In this document: in pieces, positions 1-9,900 of the stretch
Numbering within the stretch: position 1 is the first letter of the stretch
How the letters are laid out: each line of letters opens with the position of its first letter
IMG/VR virus record: IMGVR_UViG_3300045988_097246
From: a virus
Direction: 5' to 3' (one strand)
Length of the DNA stretch: 59,554 nt
Made by a program: the position numbers and the translations under genes
Notes under the pieces: generated by a model
What the model saw: only the letters and a program-made list of their open reading frames with translations
Databases searched by the model: none
What the model was told of the DNA's origin: nothing

Positions 1-99
1 CGTGAGTTGGAAAAGGAATACACAGCCATGAAAGATAAGGATTTATCCGATTCGGAAAAACTGCAAAAAGACCTTGATTCTGCAAATGCAAAAATCGCA
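1..99. repeat. Terminal direct repeat, copy 1 (identical to 59456-59554)
   Basis: Base-by-base identity of the two window ends, read directly. Confidence 0.95.
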
Positions 100-423
100 G
101 AACTTGAAAAGACACAAGCTATTGCGAATCAGAGAAGCAATGCGGCATCCAAGTTTAACATTTCTGCTGAACAGGCATCACAGGTTATCAAAGATGACGG
201 CAGTTTTGACTACGAAGTACTCGGAAAGATTATCTCTGATAAAGAGACCGCTGCGGCACAGGCTAAGGAACAGGAGATTGCAAACAATACGACAAATCCG
301 GGCGGTAGCAGTGCAGGCAGTAATAAAGGAACTGAAAAACCGGCAGATGTTGAAAATGCCGAAAAGATAACTTTCGGAGAAGCATCAGTCAACAATGAAG
401 CAAAAAATCATTATGTTTTATAG
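1..423 (+). CDS. Capsid scaffolding protein, C-terminal part (gene starts at 59324 and crosses the circular junction)
   Basis: Frame is open from nt 1. Nt 1-99 equal 59456-59554 and are in frame with ATG 59324. Charged coiled-coil protein directly upstream of the decoration and major capsid genes. Confidence 0.7.
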   Translation, partial: RELEKEYTAMKDKDLSDSEKLQKDLDSANAKIAELEKTQAIANQRSNAASKFNISAEQASQVIKDDGSFDYEVLGKIISDKETAAAQAKEQEIANNTTNPGGSSAGSNKGTEKPADVENAEKITFGEASVNNEAKNHYVL

Positions 424-433
424 GAGGTAAATT

Positions 434-763
434 ATGGGAAAACCGATTGAAAGAGACTTTACGCAAAGTAAAGGTATTTTAAAATACTTTCCTTATGAGG
501 GAGCGGCGTGTATTGTACCGCAAACAATGGTAACAAGTGCAGATACAAACGGAAAGAAAATTGTAAAAGCAGGAACACCGTTTCCGAGCAATGACGCAAA
601 ATGTCTCGGATATTTACTTGAAGATGTAGATGTAACAATGGGAGATGCGCCAGGAACATATGTGTATCAAGGTTCTATTGACAAAGCAAAAGTGACAGCA
701 AATGGAGTAACTGTGGCAGATGAAGCTAAAACGGCAACACCACGAGTTACTTTTTTTGATTAA
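434..763 (+). CDS. Head decoration protein (lambda gpD-like)
   Basis: AGGAGG RBS; 109 aa between the scaffold and major capsid genes. The ...GYLLEDVDVTMGDAPGTYVYQGSI... pattern is typical of decoration proteins. Confidence 0.6.
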   Translation: MGKPIERDFTQSKGILKYFPYEGAACIVPQTMVTSADTNGKKIVKAGTPFPSNDAKCLGYLLEDVDVTMGDAPGTYVYQGSIDKAKVTANGVTVADEAKTATPRVTFFD

Positions 764-781
764 AGAAAGAGAGGTATATAA

Positions 782-1873
782 ATGGCATTACCATTATCAG
801 AAGCATTTACAGCGAGAAGTCTCGGAGTAATGTGGAATAACTATGAAAAAACATTAGGTTCTGCCCCTTATGCAGGCAGATTAAAATTTGGAACAAGAAA
901 GCAAGATAGCCTTGACCTCAGATTCATTAAAGGAAAGAGTGGACTTCCTGTATCGTTAAAAGCATCTAATTTTGATGCACAGGCAGAATTAAGAGATGTT
1001 GGCGGCTTTTCTGATATTCAGAACGAAATGCCATTCTATCGTGAGGGATATATGGTAACAGAGAAAGAGGAACAGGAGTACGCTAATTATCAGAATGCCG
1101 AAAACTCTAATCTTGCGAATCAAGTTCTTAGAGAAATTAGCAAGAAACCTATGAATCTGATAGAGGGTGCTTTGACTGTTCCTGAAAGACAGATTTGGAG
1201 CTTGCTTGCCCCAGTTGACGGAGTTCCTAAAATTGATGTACATATTGGTAAAAGTCATTTTACAGTTGATTATACATCAGACGATGGAGCAGAACACAAA
1301 AAAGACCACTTTATCGAAATAAAAACGGCAACGGACAAATGGGACGCACCTACAACAGCAAAGCCACTTGACGACCTCATTCAGGCTAAAAGAACATTTG
1401 CAAAGAAAACAGGCTATTCATTAGCGATATTTACTATGAATACAGAAACATTTGAAAAACTTCTTGAAGCAGAGGACACAAAGAAGCAAGTGCTTGGTAT
1501 TGCGGCATATCAGGGCGGCATCAGAGTACAGCAAGGACAGGTTGTTGATTATCTGAAAGGCTATGGCATTGAGATTGAAGTTTATGACAAACTTTACATC
1601 GACCCAGCAGACGGTCAGACAAAATATTTTGTACCAACTGGTGTTATTTGTGCTCAATCGGGCGGTGTGTACCTCGGAGACTATGTGTTTGGTAGAACTC
1701 CTGAGGAAAGAAGTGGAAGTCTTACAGACGGAAATCTTTCTATTGTGGAAACGGGTATCGCTGTTTACACATATGCTACAAATCATCCTATCAATACTCA
1801 TTGTGTAGTATCTATGATTGGACTTCCGACATTTGAGGGAATGGATAGCGTTGTAGTTATGAAAGTAATGTAG
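782..1873 (+). CDS. Major capsid protein (lambda gpE-like family suspected)
   Basis: 363 aa with a GAGAGG RBS. Position after scaffold and decoration genes, size and N-terminal pattern fit E-type major capsids. Confidence 0.8.
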   Translation: MALPLSEAFTARSLGVMWNNYEKTLGSAPYAGRLKFGTRKQDSLDLRFIKGKSGLPVSLKASNFDAQAELRDVGGFSDIQNEMPFYREGYMVTEKEEQEYANYQNAENSNLANQVLREISKKPMNLIEGALTVPERQIWSLLAPVDGVPKIDVHIGKSHFTVDYTSDDGAEHKKDHFIEIKTATDKWDAPTTAKPLDDLIQAKRTFAKKTGYSLAIFTMNTETFEKLLEAEDTKKQVLGIAAYQGGIRVQQGQVVDYLKGYGIEIEVYDKLYIDPADGQTKYFVPTGVICAQSGGVYLGDYVFGRTPEERSGSLTDGNLSIVETGIAVYTYATNHPINTHCVVSMIGLPTFEGMDSVVVMKVM

Positions 1874-1883
1874 GAGGTGCTAC

Positions 1884-2123
1884 ATGAAAGCAACACACAC
1901 TGTTAAATACAACGGAAAATGGTATAAGGCAGGCGAAGAAATAGGGGCAGTTGAAAAGACTGCTTCTATTCCGTTTGAAACACCTAAATATACCAAAACA
2001 GATATAAACAGAATGAGTACAGCAGATTTACAGGCACTTGCATCTGAAAACGGAATTGTAGATGCTGACAGTTTTAGCGGTGCTGATTTAAAAAGTATCT
2101 TAATCGAGAAATTCAATTTGTAG
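1884..2123 (+). CDS. Small head-module protein with HeH/Rho_N-like motif
   Basis: AGGAGG RBS; 79 aa. The C-terminal ...STADLQALASENGI...ADLKSILIEK resembles SAP/HeH motifs. Confidence 0.4.
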   Translation: MKATHTVKYNGKWYKAGEEIGAVEKTASIPFETPKYTKTDINRMSTADLQALASENGIVDADSFSGADLKSILIEKFNL

Positions 2124-2134
2124 GAGGTATCTGT

Positions 2135-2527
2135 ATGGAATTGAACAAAGCAGAATATACGATTTTAGCACAAGTAAAAATCAGACTTAAACAATTTCAT
2201 ATTGATACAGTTACAAATGATGATGAAACTACATCTGATGTAGTCGTGTTTGATAACAAAGAAGATGATTTGCTTATCGAACAGCTTATTAAGCAGGCTA
2301 CAGAAGATGTCAAGAACAGAAGAAATTACCCCGACAGCTACACAGAAGAAATGATAACAGAGGACTTAAAACAGTTTGAGGGAGTTATCGTTAATCTTGT
2401 TGTGTATGACCATTCACAGGCGGGCGAAGCATTTATGGCAAGTTACAATGAGAATGGTGTCAACAGAACTTGGAGAGATAGAGACAGTTTATTTGTCGGA
2501 GTATTTCCTTTTGCTAAAGTGTTATAG
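2135..2527 (+). CDS. Head-tail connector/adaptor protein (gp6-like, putative)
   Basis: AGGAGG RBS; 130-aa acidic protein immediately after the capsid genes. The call rests on position and size. Confidence 0.5.
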   Translation: MELNKAEYTILAQVKIRLKQFHIDTVTNDDETTSDVVVFDNKEDDLLIEQLIKQATEDVKNRRNYPDSYTEEMITEDLKQFEGVIVNLVVYDHSQAGEAFMASYNENGVNRTWRDRDSLFVGVFPFAKVL

Positions 2528-2556
2528 CTTATCTACCAAGTTGTAGAAAAAGTAAA

Positions 2557-2662
2557 TTATCTGTAATGCAGATAAGGCTATAGAAGATTGTGCGTTACCA
2601 TATTCGTGAGGTTACGAAAATGGTAGCAGGCGGCACACAGTAAGGGTGGTGGGCAGTGTGCC
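2557..2662 (+). promoter_or_regulatory. Hairpin-rich non-coding spacer preceding the holin cassette
   Basis: Three stem-loops: TTATCTG/CAGATAA (2557-2575), TACCAT/ATGGTA (2596-2625) and GGCACAC/GTGTGCC (2632-2662). No plausible ORF. Confidence 0.4.
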
Positions 2663-2685
2663 AAATTATAGAAAGGCGGTATAGG

Positions 2686-2991
2686 ATGCAAATAGAAGTT
2701 GCAATTCTTATAAGTGTCATATCCGTTACTTTTTCCGTCTATTTTGGATTAAAAAACAACAAACGGACAGATACAAAAGAAATCGAAGAACGGGTTAAAG
2801 AAAACACCCGTATCAATATGAAGTTAGATAGTATCTTGGAACTGATTAACGAATTAAAAAGCGAGCGTTCAGAAATGCGAAAAGAATTAGCAGACCATGA
2901 AAGTAGAATTACAAAGGTTGAACAAAGTACAAGTTCAGCACACCATAGGCTTGATGGCTTGGAAGTTCGTATAAACGATGAAAAGGAGTGA
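2686..2991 (+). CDS. Membrane-anchored coiled-coil protein (possible XhlA-like holin partner)
   Basis: N-terminal TM segment VAILISVISVTFSVYFGL followed by a heptad-rich region. Lies directly upstream of the holin. Confidence 0.45.
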   Translation: MQIEVAILISVISVTFSVYFGLKNNKRTDTKEIEERVKENTRINMKLDSILELINELKSERSEMRKELADHESRITKVEQSTSSAHHRLDGLEVRINDEKE

Positions 2992-2998
2992 TTGTTTT

Positions 2999-3202
2999 AT
3001 GAGAGATTGGAAACAGTGGACTAAGGCGGCGGCAGTTAGAGCAATTAAAACAGTTGCACAAACAGCGGTCGGAGTTATCGGTGCAAGCACTGTTGTAAGT
3101 TCGGTTGATTGGAAAGTAGTTGTTTCGTCAGCGGTTCTTGCAGGAGTTGTAAGTATTTTAACATCTGTAGCAGGACTTCCTGAGGTAGAAACAAATGCTT
3201 GA
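2999..3202 (+). CDS. Holin
   Basis: 67 aa with two TM helices and a charged tail ...GLPEVETNA. GGAG lies 10 nt upstream of ATG 2999. The W..KAA.RA.KT.AQT pattern is typical of Firmicutes phage holins. Confidence 0.7.
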   Translation: MRDWKQWTKAAAVRAIKTVAQTAVGVIGASTVVSSVDWKVVVSSAVLAGVVSILTSVAGLPEVETNA

Positions 3203-3674
3203 TATAAACAAGCAGTCAATGAAGTATTCACGACAAAATGGGCGGCGTATCCTAATTTATGAAAAAGACGATGAGGGCAATATCGTTTATGAGGGGTATA
3301 CCGACAGTGACGGAAACTTTGTTCCTTATTTTGATGACGAGGGCAATAAAATTCCCAAAATTATCGGTGAAAAAGCTGTTTTCTCAAAACCTATTGATTT
3401 TAAAGCAAACATAGCGTTCAGTGGCGGCGAAGCTGAAATAGAAGAGTTCGGCTTTGATGCTGCCGACTATGACGCAATAATGTTGACAGATAAAAATGAG
3501 TTCCCTTTAAAAAAAGGTGACTTAATATGGCTTGATAGTGAAGTAACTTACATTGACGAAGATACAGAAACAGTTGACGAAATAGTTGACGAAACATCGG
3601 CAGATTTTACTATAGTCGGAGTTAAACCGGCTTTAAAGTCAACAAAATATGTGCTTAAAGCGGTTGTGAAGTAG
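3195..3674 (+). CDS. Head-tail joining / neck protein (putative)
   Basis: 159 aa with a GAGGT RBS, overlapping the holin stop. The call rests on position between connector and tail tube. Confidence 0.35.
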   Translation: MLDINKQSMKYSRQNGRRILIYEKDDEGNIVYEGYTDSDGNFVPYFDDEGNKIPKIIGEKAVFSKPIDFKANIAFSGGEAEIEEFGFDAADYDAIMLTDKNEFPLKKGDLIWLDSEVTYIDEDTETVDEIVDETSADFTIVGVKPALKSTKYVLKAVVK

Positions 3675-3681
3675 GTGTTTT

Positions 3682-4224
3682 ATGGCAAAGCAAACAATAA
3701 CACTGGGTTTGTCTCAAAAGTCTGTAGAAAAGGCTATAAAACAGCTTAGACAGTACAAACAATGGCTTAGAAACAAAACTACAGAACTTGTAAAGGCACT
3801 TGCGGATATTGGCATACCTGTTATAGAAACGAATGTCGCTGACGCAAGTTATACATTTGACAGTAAAGGGGTTAGGAGTGGTTCTAACACCGAACATTAT
3901 ACCTATGTAAAACTTAATAACTTTGGAAGTTATGCACAGGCAAATCTTGTTGTAGAGGGCGAAGAAATTCTATTTATAGAGTTCGGGGCAGGTGTTTATT
4001 ATAACGGTGAAGCCGGTACAAGTCCACATCCAAAAGGGCAGGAATTTGGCTTTTTAATTGGCTCATACGGAGCCGGTCATGGAGTGCAAAAGGTTTGGGC
4101 TTACTATGATGAAACAGGAGCATTAGTAATGACCCGTGGTGTAGAAGCAACAATGCCTGTTTTAAAAGCGTATGAAAAGATTATAACTGATTATAAATCA
4201 GTGGTAAGGAGAGTGTTTGGGTGA
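3682..4224 (+). CDS. Neck / tail-completion protein (putative)
   Basis: 180 aa; tightly packed in the structural operon; IEFGAG motif. The call rests on position. Confidence 0.35.
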   Translation: MAKQTITLGLSQKSVEKAIKQLRQYKQWLRNKTTELVKALADIGIPVIETNVADASYTFDSKGVRSGSNTEHYTYVKLNNFGSYAQANLVVEGEEILFIEFGAGVYYNGEAGTSPHPKGQEFGFLIGSYGAGHGVQKVWAYYDETGALVMTRGVEATMPVLKAYEKIITDYKSVVRRVFG

Positions 4225-4634
4225 GAGCAAGAACGGCATGGGCTTTTAATTTAGAAAGTACAATATTTAACATTGTCAAAGCAAGAGCAGAAACAGGATT
4301 AAAAAAAACATATCCAAATATCCGTTTTACTAACGAAGAAGAAGCTGACGGAAATGCAGTTTTTCCAACTGTACTGATACAGTCTATGCAACCGTTAGAA
4401 AAAGTAGTAGATTTGGAAAAAATAAATATTGACACAGTGCTTTATACAGCACAAGTTACAGTTACAACAAACAAAAGTCGAGCAGAAGCATTGAATGTGG
4501 CGAATGAGGTGGCAGGAAGATTTAAACAAATGGCGTTTACACTGAATCCAATGCCATTTGTGAGAAAAGAGAACAAAGTTTTTACAGCAACATTCAGGGC
4601 AACTCGTACTTTTGATTATAACGATGTTTTATAG
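4221..4634 (+). CDS. Tail terminator / completion protein (putative)
   Basis: GTG start overlapping the previous stop, with an AAGGAG RBS. 137 aa, immediately before the tail tube gene. Confidence 0.35.
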   Translation: MRARTAWAFNLESTIFNIVKARAETGLKKTYPNIRFTNEEEADGNAVFPTVLIQSMQPLEKVVDLEKINIDTVLYTAQVTVTTNKSRAEALNVANEVAGRFKQMAFTLNPMPFVRKENKVFTATFRATRTFDYNDVL

Positions 4635-4657
4635 AACCATTAGGTTCTTATTTTTTT
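4633..4657 (+). terminator. Weak intrinsic terminator
   Basis: AGAACC-ATTA-GGTTCT stem-loop followed by a T-run. Confidence 0.4.
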
Positions 4658-4679
4658 ACAAAAAATTAGGAGGTAAAAC

Positions 4680-5177
4680 ATGGCAACAGGTTTAAAATCG
4701 AGAATTGCGTACAAAGAACCAAATTCATCAGCAGTGGAAGGAGAGTATTGGGCTGGCACCTATAAATTACTTATGAGAGCTAAGTCGATACCATCTCCGT
4801 TCGGTTCTCAAAACATGGTAGATACATCTACACTTGAAGATTTAGTCGAAACACAGGAGATGGGCAGGCGTGCGGCAGGCTCAATGGAAGTTCCGGGGGC
4901 GTTTGAAAAGAAATACAAAGACGACATGGTAACAAATGAGGGCAAAAAACTTGACTTCATTATTCTTTACGGAACTGACGGAAAAGGTTCAGAGGGCATT
5001 TGTGGATTCATCGGGCAGGAATCATTTGCACCTGACGAAGCAACAGACGACCACTTAACAGGTACTGCAACTATTTCAGTTCAGACAGTGCCGAAATGGA
5101 TTGAAGATAACTATACAGTAACAGTCACAGAAGATGAAAATGGTTATCCAACGGCGATTAAGTTGGCAAAAAAATAG
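4680..5177 (+). CDS. Major tail (tube) protein
   Basis: AGGAGG RBS; 165 aa. Followed by a strong terminator, then the chaperone pair and tape measure, which is the canonical order. Confidence 0.6.
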   Translation: MATGLKSRIAYKEPNSSAVEGEYWAGTYKLLMRAKSIPSPFGSQNMVDTSTLEDLVETQEMGRRAAGSMEVPGAFEKKYKDDMVTNEGKKLDFIILYGTDGKGSEGICGFIGQESFAPDEATDDHLTGTATISVQTVPKWIEDNYTVTVTEDENGYPTAIKLAKK

Positions 5178-5279
5178 GTAGTCAGTCACTAAATAAAAGT
5201 AAAGCTGTAGTGCCTGACGAAATAACAGAAACGGCTGACTATACTTATGATAAATAGCTAAAACAAAATGATTAAAAGA

Positions 5280-5308
5280 GGGGCAGTTTTCGGACTGCCC
5301 CCTTTCTT
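5280..5308 (+). terminator. Rho-independent terminator after the tail tube gene
   Basis: GGGGCAGT-TTTCGG-ACTGCCCC followed by CTTTCTT. Confidence 0.7.
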
Positions 5309-5337
5309 ACAAAAAAGTAAGAGAAAGGGAAAATAAT

Positions 5338-5790
5338 ATGTTTAAAATTTTAAATATCAGTAACAAAGAATACAAACTTGAATACTCTCTCGAAGCATCA
5401 CTTTATCCTGAGAGTACAGAAAGACTTTTGGAATTTATGTCATCAACAGATGCAGATAATGAGAATGACAAAATCAAAGGAATTATAAAAGGAATGTCAA
5501 ATGTACCTCAGACAACATTGCATATGTTCTATGCAGGATTGTTAGAACATCATGGAAATACTGAAAATGGCGACGGTACAGTTACATCACTTAGTGATGC
5601 AAAGGCACTGTTAAAACAGTATATTGCTGAAAATAAATCAAACTTTTATTCAGTCATGGAAATGATATTGGAGCAGATGAGGGAAGATCGTTTTTTAGAG
5701 TTGATAGGTCTGAACGAGATGTTACAGACAGAGGAAGAAACACCAAAGAAAGCATCGAAAGTTCCACAAGACCACATGAAGAAAAAATAA
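5338..5790 (+). CDS. Tail assembly chaperone (gpG-like)
   Basis: 150-aa acidic protein directly upstream of the tape-measure region. Ends in AAG AAA AAA TAA. Confidence 0.65.
   Translation: MFKILNISNKEYKLEYSLEASLYPESTERLLEFMSSTDADNENDKIKGIIKGMSNVPQTTLHMFYAGLLEHHGNTENGDGTVTSLSDAKALLKQYIAENKSNFYSVMEMILEQMREDRFLELIGLNEMLQTEEETPKKASKVPQDHMKKK
5779..5790 (+). promoter_or_regulatory. Candidate -1 programmed frameshift site
   Basis: An A6 run (5782-5787) lies immediately before the TAA. The -1 frame is open from 5637 through 6158. Confidence 0.5.
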
Positions 5791-5819
5791 GTTTCAAAGA
5801 TAACATAGAAAAAAATATC

Positions 5820-6158
5820 TTGCCTAGTGCTATAAAGGCAGGATTGACATATAAACAAGCTATGCACATGACGCCGAAAGCCATAGAAATGCACATAAAG
5901 GCATATACAGAAAGAGAACAAGAGAAAATAAAGGTATCTGAATATCTTTCGTGGTTAAACGGATATTATGTCGCGGAAGCAATAGCGTGTACTTTCGGAA
6001 AAGGAAAATATCCTAAAAATCCATTACTTGAAGAAGAAAAAGAAAACAGGATAAAGAACAATCCCAACAAGGAAAGTCAAGAAGAAATAGCAGTATTTGA
6101 AATGAAACAAAGAATACGGCAGTTAAGAGAAAGCGGACTACCTGAAAGTCCTGATTAA
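5820..6158 (+). CDS. Tail assembly chaperone extension (gpT-like, probably made as a G-T fusion by -1 frameshift)
   Basis: No convincing RBS of its own. The frame is -1 relative to 5338..5790 and overlaps it by about 150 nt of open frame. Confidence 0.55.
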   Translation: MPSAIKAGLTYKQAMHMTPKAIEMHIKAYTEREQEKIKVSEYLSWLNGYYVAEAIACTFGKGKYPKNPLLEEEKENRIKNNPNKESQEEIAVFEMKQRIRQLRESGLPESPD

Positions 6159-6194
6159 AGACAGTGAGTAAAACTTGCTGTCTTTTTATTTTTG
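6158..6194 (+). terminator. Rho-independent terminator
   Basis: AAGACAG...CTGTCTT stem followed by TTTTATTTTT. Confidence 0.6.
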
Positions 6195-6207
6195 AGGTGA
6201 AAACAAA

Positions 6208-6900
6208 ATGAAAATGATTAAGAAAAACGCAAAAAGCATTAGCTATGGCGGTAAGCGCAGCTTAAACAACATAAAGTATATTGTCATACATTATACGGGA
6301 AATAAAGGCGATACAGCACTGAATAATCTTGATTACTTTGCCAATGGCAATACAAGACAGGCAGGAGCACATTTTTTTGTTGATAAGGCAGGTAAGATAG
6401 GTAAATCAATAGCGATGAGCCGTATAGCTTGGGCTGTCGGTGGCAATCATAAAAGCGGCAGAAAAGGCGAAGCGGCTTATTTTAGCAAATGTACAAATAC
6501 AAATTCGGTGTCTATTGAATTGTGTGATATGTGCTTGAAAACAAACTGGGAACAGATGTATGCGACAAGAAAACTTGTTAAATACATTCAAAGCAAGTGC
6601 CCTAACGCAAAAACAATAATTAGACATTGGGATGTAAATGGAAAAAATTGTCCAGCACCTTTTATAGGTAGTGGTAATGAGAAATGGATTGAATTTAAGA
6701 GGTTTATAACAGCAGGATATAAATTTACTGCGGTTGTTACAAAACATGCGGCATTAAGAAGTAAACCGAAGCTTGGGGCAGTAAATAAAAAAGGTACTGC
6801 AAAAAAAGGAACAAAAGTTAAGATTGTTAAACTCGATGGAAATTGGGGACTTACTGACAACGGATATTGGATAAGTCTTGAAAAAGTAAAAGAGATTTAA
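6208..6900 (+). CDS. Endolysin: N-acetylmuramoyl-L-alanine amidase (Amidase_2/PGRP) with C-terminal SH3-like domain
   Basis: Motifs IVIHYTGN, AGAHFFVD, SVSIELCD and HWDVNGKNCPAPF. The C-terminal KVKIVKLDGNWG...GYWISL is SH3b-like. Confidence 0.85.
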   Translation: MKMIKKNAKSISYGGKRSLNNIKYIVIHYTGNKGDTALNNLDYFANGNTRQAGAHFFVDKAGKIGKSIAMSRIAWAVGGNHKSGRKGEAAYFSKCTNTNSVSIELCDMCLKTNWEQMYATRKLVKYIQSKCPNAKTIIRHWDVNGKNCPAPFIGSGNEKWIEFKRFITAGYKFTAVVTKHAALRSKPKLGAVNKKGTAKKGTKVKIVKLDGNWGLTDNGYWISLEKVKEI

Positions 6901-6918
6901 TCAGAATGAGGTGATTTG

Positions 6919-9900
6919 ATGGAATTAGATAGTTTAGAACTGAAAGTATCGGCAGAAGCACAGTCGGCAGAAAAAACACTTGACAGCCTTATAGGTAAAT
7001 TACAGAGTTTTTCGGAAGCACTTGGCGGTATAAACACTACTTCCATCAGCAAAAACCTTGAAAATCTTGCTAAAGTCGGCGGCTTAAAAACTGTCACTAA
7101 AGAGGTAGAGGACTTAGGAAAAACTGTAGACAATGTCGGTAAGAAGAAAACAAAGACTGAGGTTAAAGTCGATGTTAAGCAAGGCTTAGAAGCTATTGCA
7201 GAATTACAGAAACGATTTGAAAATGCAGACAAAGATATAAGATTTACTGGGTCAACAAAACAACTTGAAAAGCAATACGACAGATTATCTAACAGTCTTT
7301 CAAAACTCTTTGCAAAAGAAAACGCAGCACTTGATTTAGGCAAAGCAAGTACAGGTGATGAAAAGTTCGTTAGATTAGAGCGTAACATACAGTCAACCAT
7401 AAACCAACTTGACACACTTAAATCTAAAATTACAGAAGTTCAAAAAGCAGAACAGGCAAGCAAGGCACAATTTTTTGAAAGAGAAAATGCAAAGGCAAAT
7501 CAAGAAAACAAAACTGCAATGATGATACCGCCTGAGAGTGAAATGAAAAAGGCGGCTGAAACATATCAAAAAAATATGGAAAAAATATCATCAGACACAT
7601 TGCCTAAACACACAGGTTGGGATAGTCAAGCAGAACTTCTTAAAGCATTAAAACAGTCTCGAGAGGGAACTACTGGAGCATTAGAGGGATATGACGAAAG
7701 AATAAAGAAAGCCACAGCCGACCTTAAAGCAGTCGAAAAAAGTGGTAAGGGCATGGGTACTGAGGAATGGAATAATGCTAGTATTGCATTGCGAAAAGTT
7801 GTGGCAGAAGCTAAGTGGTATGAAAATACCTTAAAAGAAGCGGCTGCTGACCTTGATTTGAATATCAAATCTATTAAGGAACTTGAAGCAGAAGAAAGCA
7901 AATTAGTACAAAAATCAAATCAGCTTGCTGGAAAAAAGTTAGTCGGAAGTGCTGATTATAACGAAACCATTTATCAACTTGGACGAGTTAGAGAAGAATT
8001 AGATAAGCAGAGAATAAAAATCACAGGTGCGAGCAGTGCTTTAAAAGGATATGACGAAAGAATTTCACAGGCTAAAATCAATCTTGCTAATATACAAGCT
8101 AGTGGCAAAGGCATGGGGACTTCTGAATGGGACACTGCCAAAATGGCTTTAATCAAGTTAGAAAATGAAGCAAAGCGGTATAAAGCGGCTTTAAATCAAA
8201 AAGCACTAGGTCTTGATACCGACATTAAATCAACGGACAACCTCGAAACAAAGATAAAGAAATTAAATCTTGCTATAGAGCAAATGAGAAATAGAGGTAT
8301 TGGTTTCGGTGATACAAACTTTGATAAGTTGTATCAGCAACTTAATCAAGCCGAAAAAGAACTTGCAGAGTACAAGGCTAGACTGACAGAAAGTGAAAAC
8401 TCGACAAGAAGTTTTGGCAGTACATTAAAGAGTGCGGCAACAGGCTTTTCTAATTTTATCAGTAAGATTAAAAATGCTGGTGCGGCAACACTAAATTTTG
8501 CTAAGAATGTTCGCAACATGAAATCGCCTTTAAAACTTGCACTCGGTCAAATTAGCAAATTAGGAAATTCAGTTGCAAGGCTGTATTTCAAGTACATGAT
8601 GCTGTCAAGGGTTGCTGGTGCACTTGGTAAAGTTCTTGGCATATCAAGTGATTATGTCGAGGAATACAACTATTTTCAAAAGGCAATAGACAAGATTGCA
8701 CAGGAAAATAAAGGTAATTACAAGAAATACGGCTATGATGATGCTAAGAGTTATGCGGATAGCTTTGAGGATAGACTTACAACTCTTACAGGCAAAATGA
8801 CAGGATATAAGCCCGATAAAAATGGAAATCTTATAGATACTAATGCGGCAAGTCTTGGGCTTGATATTACACAGGTTACAAACTTTGAAGCGCAGATTGC
8901 ACAAATGACTAATTCTGTCGGCATGATGGGCGAAGCGTCTATTGCAACCTCAAAAGCCATGACAATGCTTGCTGGGGATATGTCCTCATTAACAAATATG
9001 CCACTCGATACAGTTATGAAAAACTTTTCAAGTGGTCTTTCGGGTGCGGCAATGGCTGTCAAAAAATATGGTATGGACATATCAGTTGCGACATTACAGG
9101 AAACAGCACTTGGGCTAGGTGTTAAGAAAAATGTTTCTGATATGACACAGGCTGAGAAAGAGTATTTGCGTGTTATCACTATGTTACAGCAGTCTAAAGT
9201 CGCATGGGGTGACTTAGCTAAGACTATCAATTCTCCCGCAAATCAATTTAGAATGTTAAAGTCCAACATCAAACAGTGCGGCTTGATGCTTTCAAGGCTG
9301 TTTATGCCTGTCATACAAAAAGTATTACCGTGGTTAAATGCAATGGCAATGGCTGTCAAAGATTTAATGAAACACATCGGTGACTTGTTTGGCTTAAAGT
9401 TTGATAGCAGTCTTGGTTCAAAAGACAGTGACACATCAGATACTTATGACGATGTATCAGACAGTGCCGACAATGCGGCAGATAGTATAAATGATGCGGC
9501 AGATGCACAGAAAAAGTTTAATAAGCAGTTGCAGGGATTTGATAAGTTAAATAATCTTACGACAAACGAAACATCTAAGAAAGACAGTGACAAGGATAAA
9601 AACGGCACAGGAGATGTTAGTGGCGTTTTATCTGATGCTCTTATAAATGCTGTCGAAGATTATGAAAAACGCTGGAATAAAGCGTTTAAAAGCATGACAA
9701 GTGATGCTGATAACCTCAAAGAAAAGATTGAAAAATTATTTACAACAGCTTGGGACACAGGCGACGGAACAGAAATCGGTGAAGCACTTGCGACAACCTT
9801 AAATAAGGGCATTGACTGGGTGAATGAAAATACAAGCAAATGGGCTAAAGGCTTGAAAAAGATTACCTCAATTATGGGTACTTCTTTAAATGGTTTTGTT

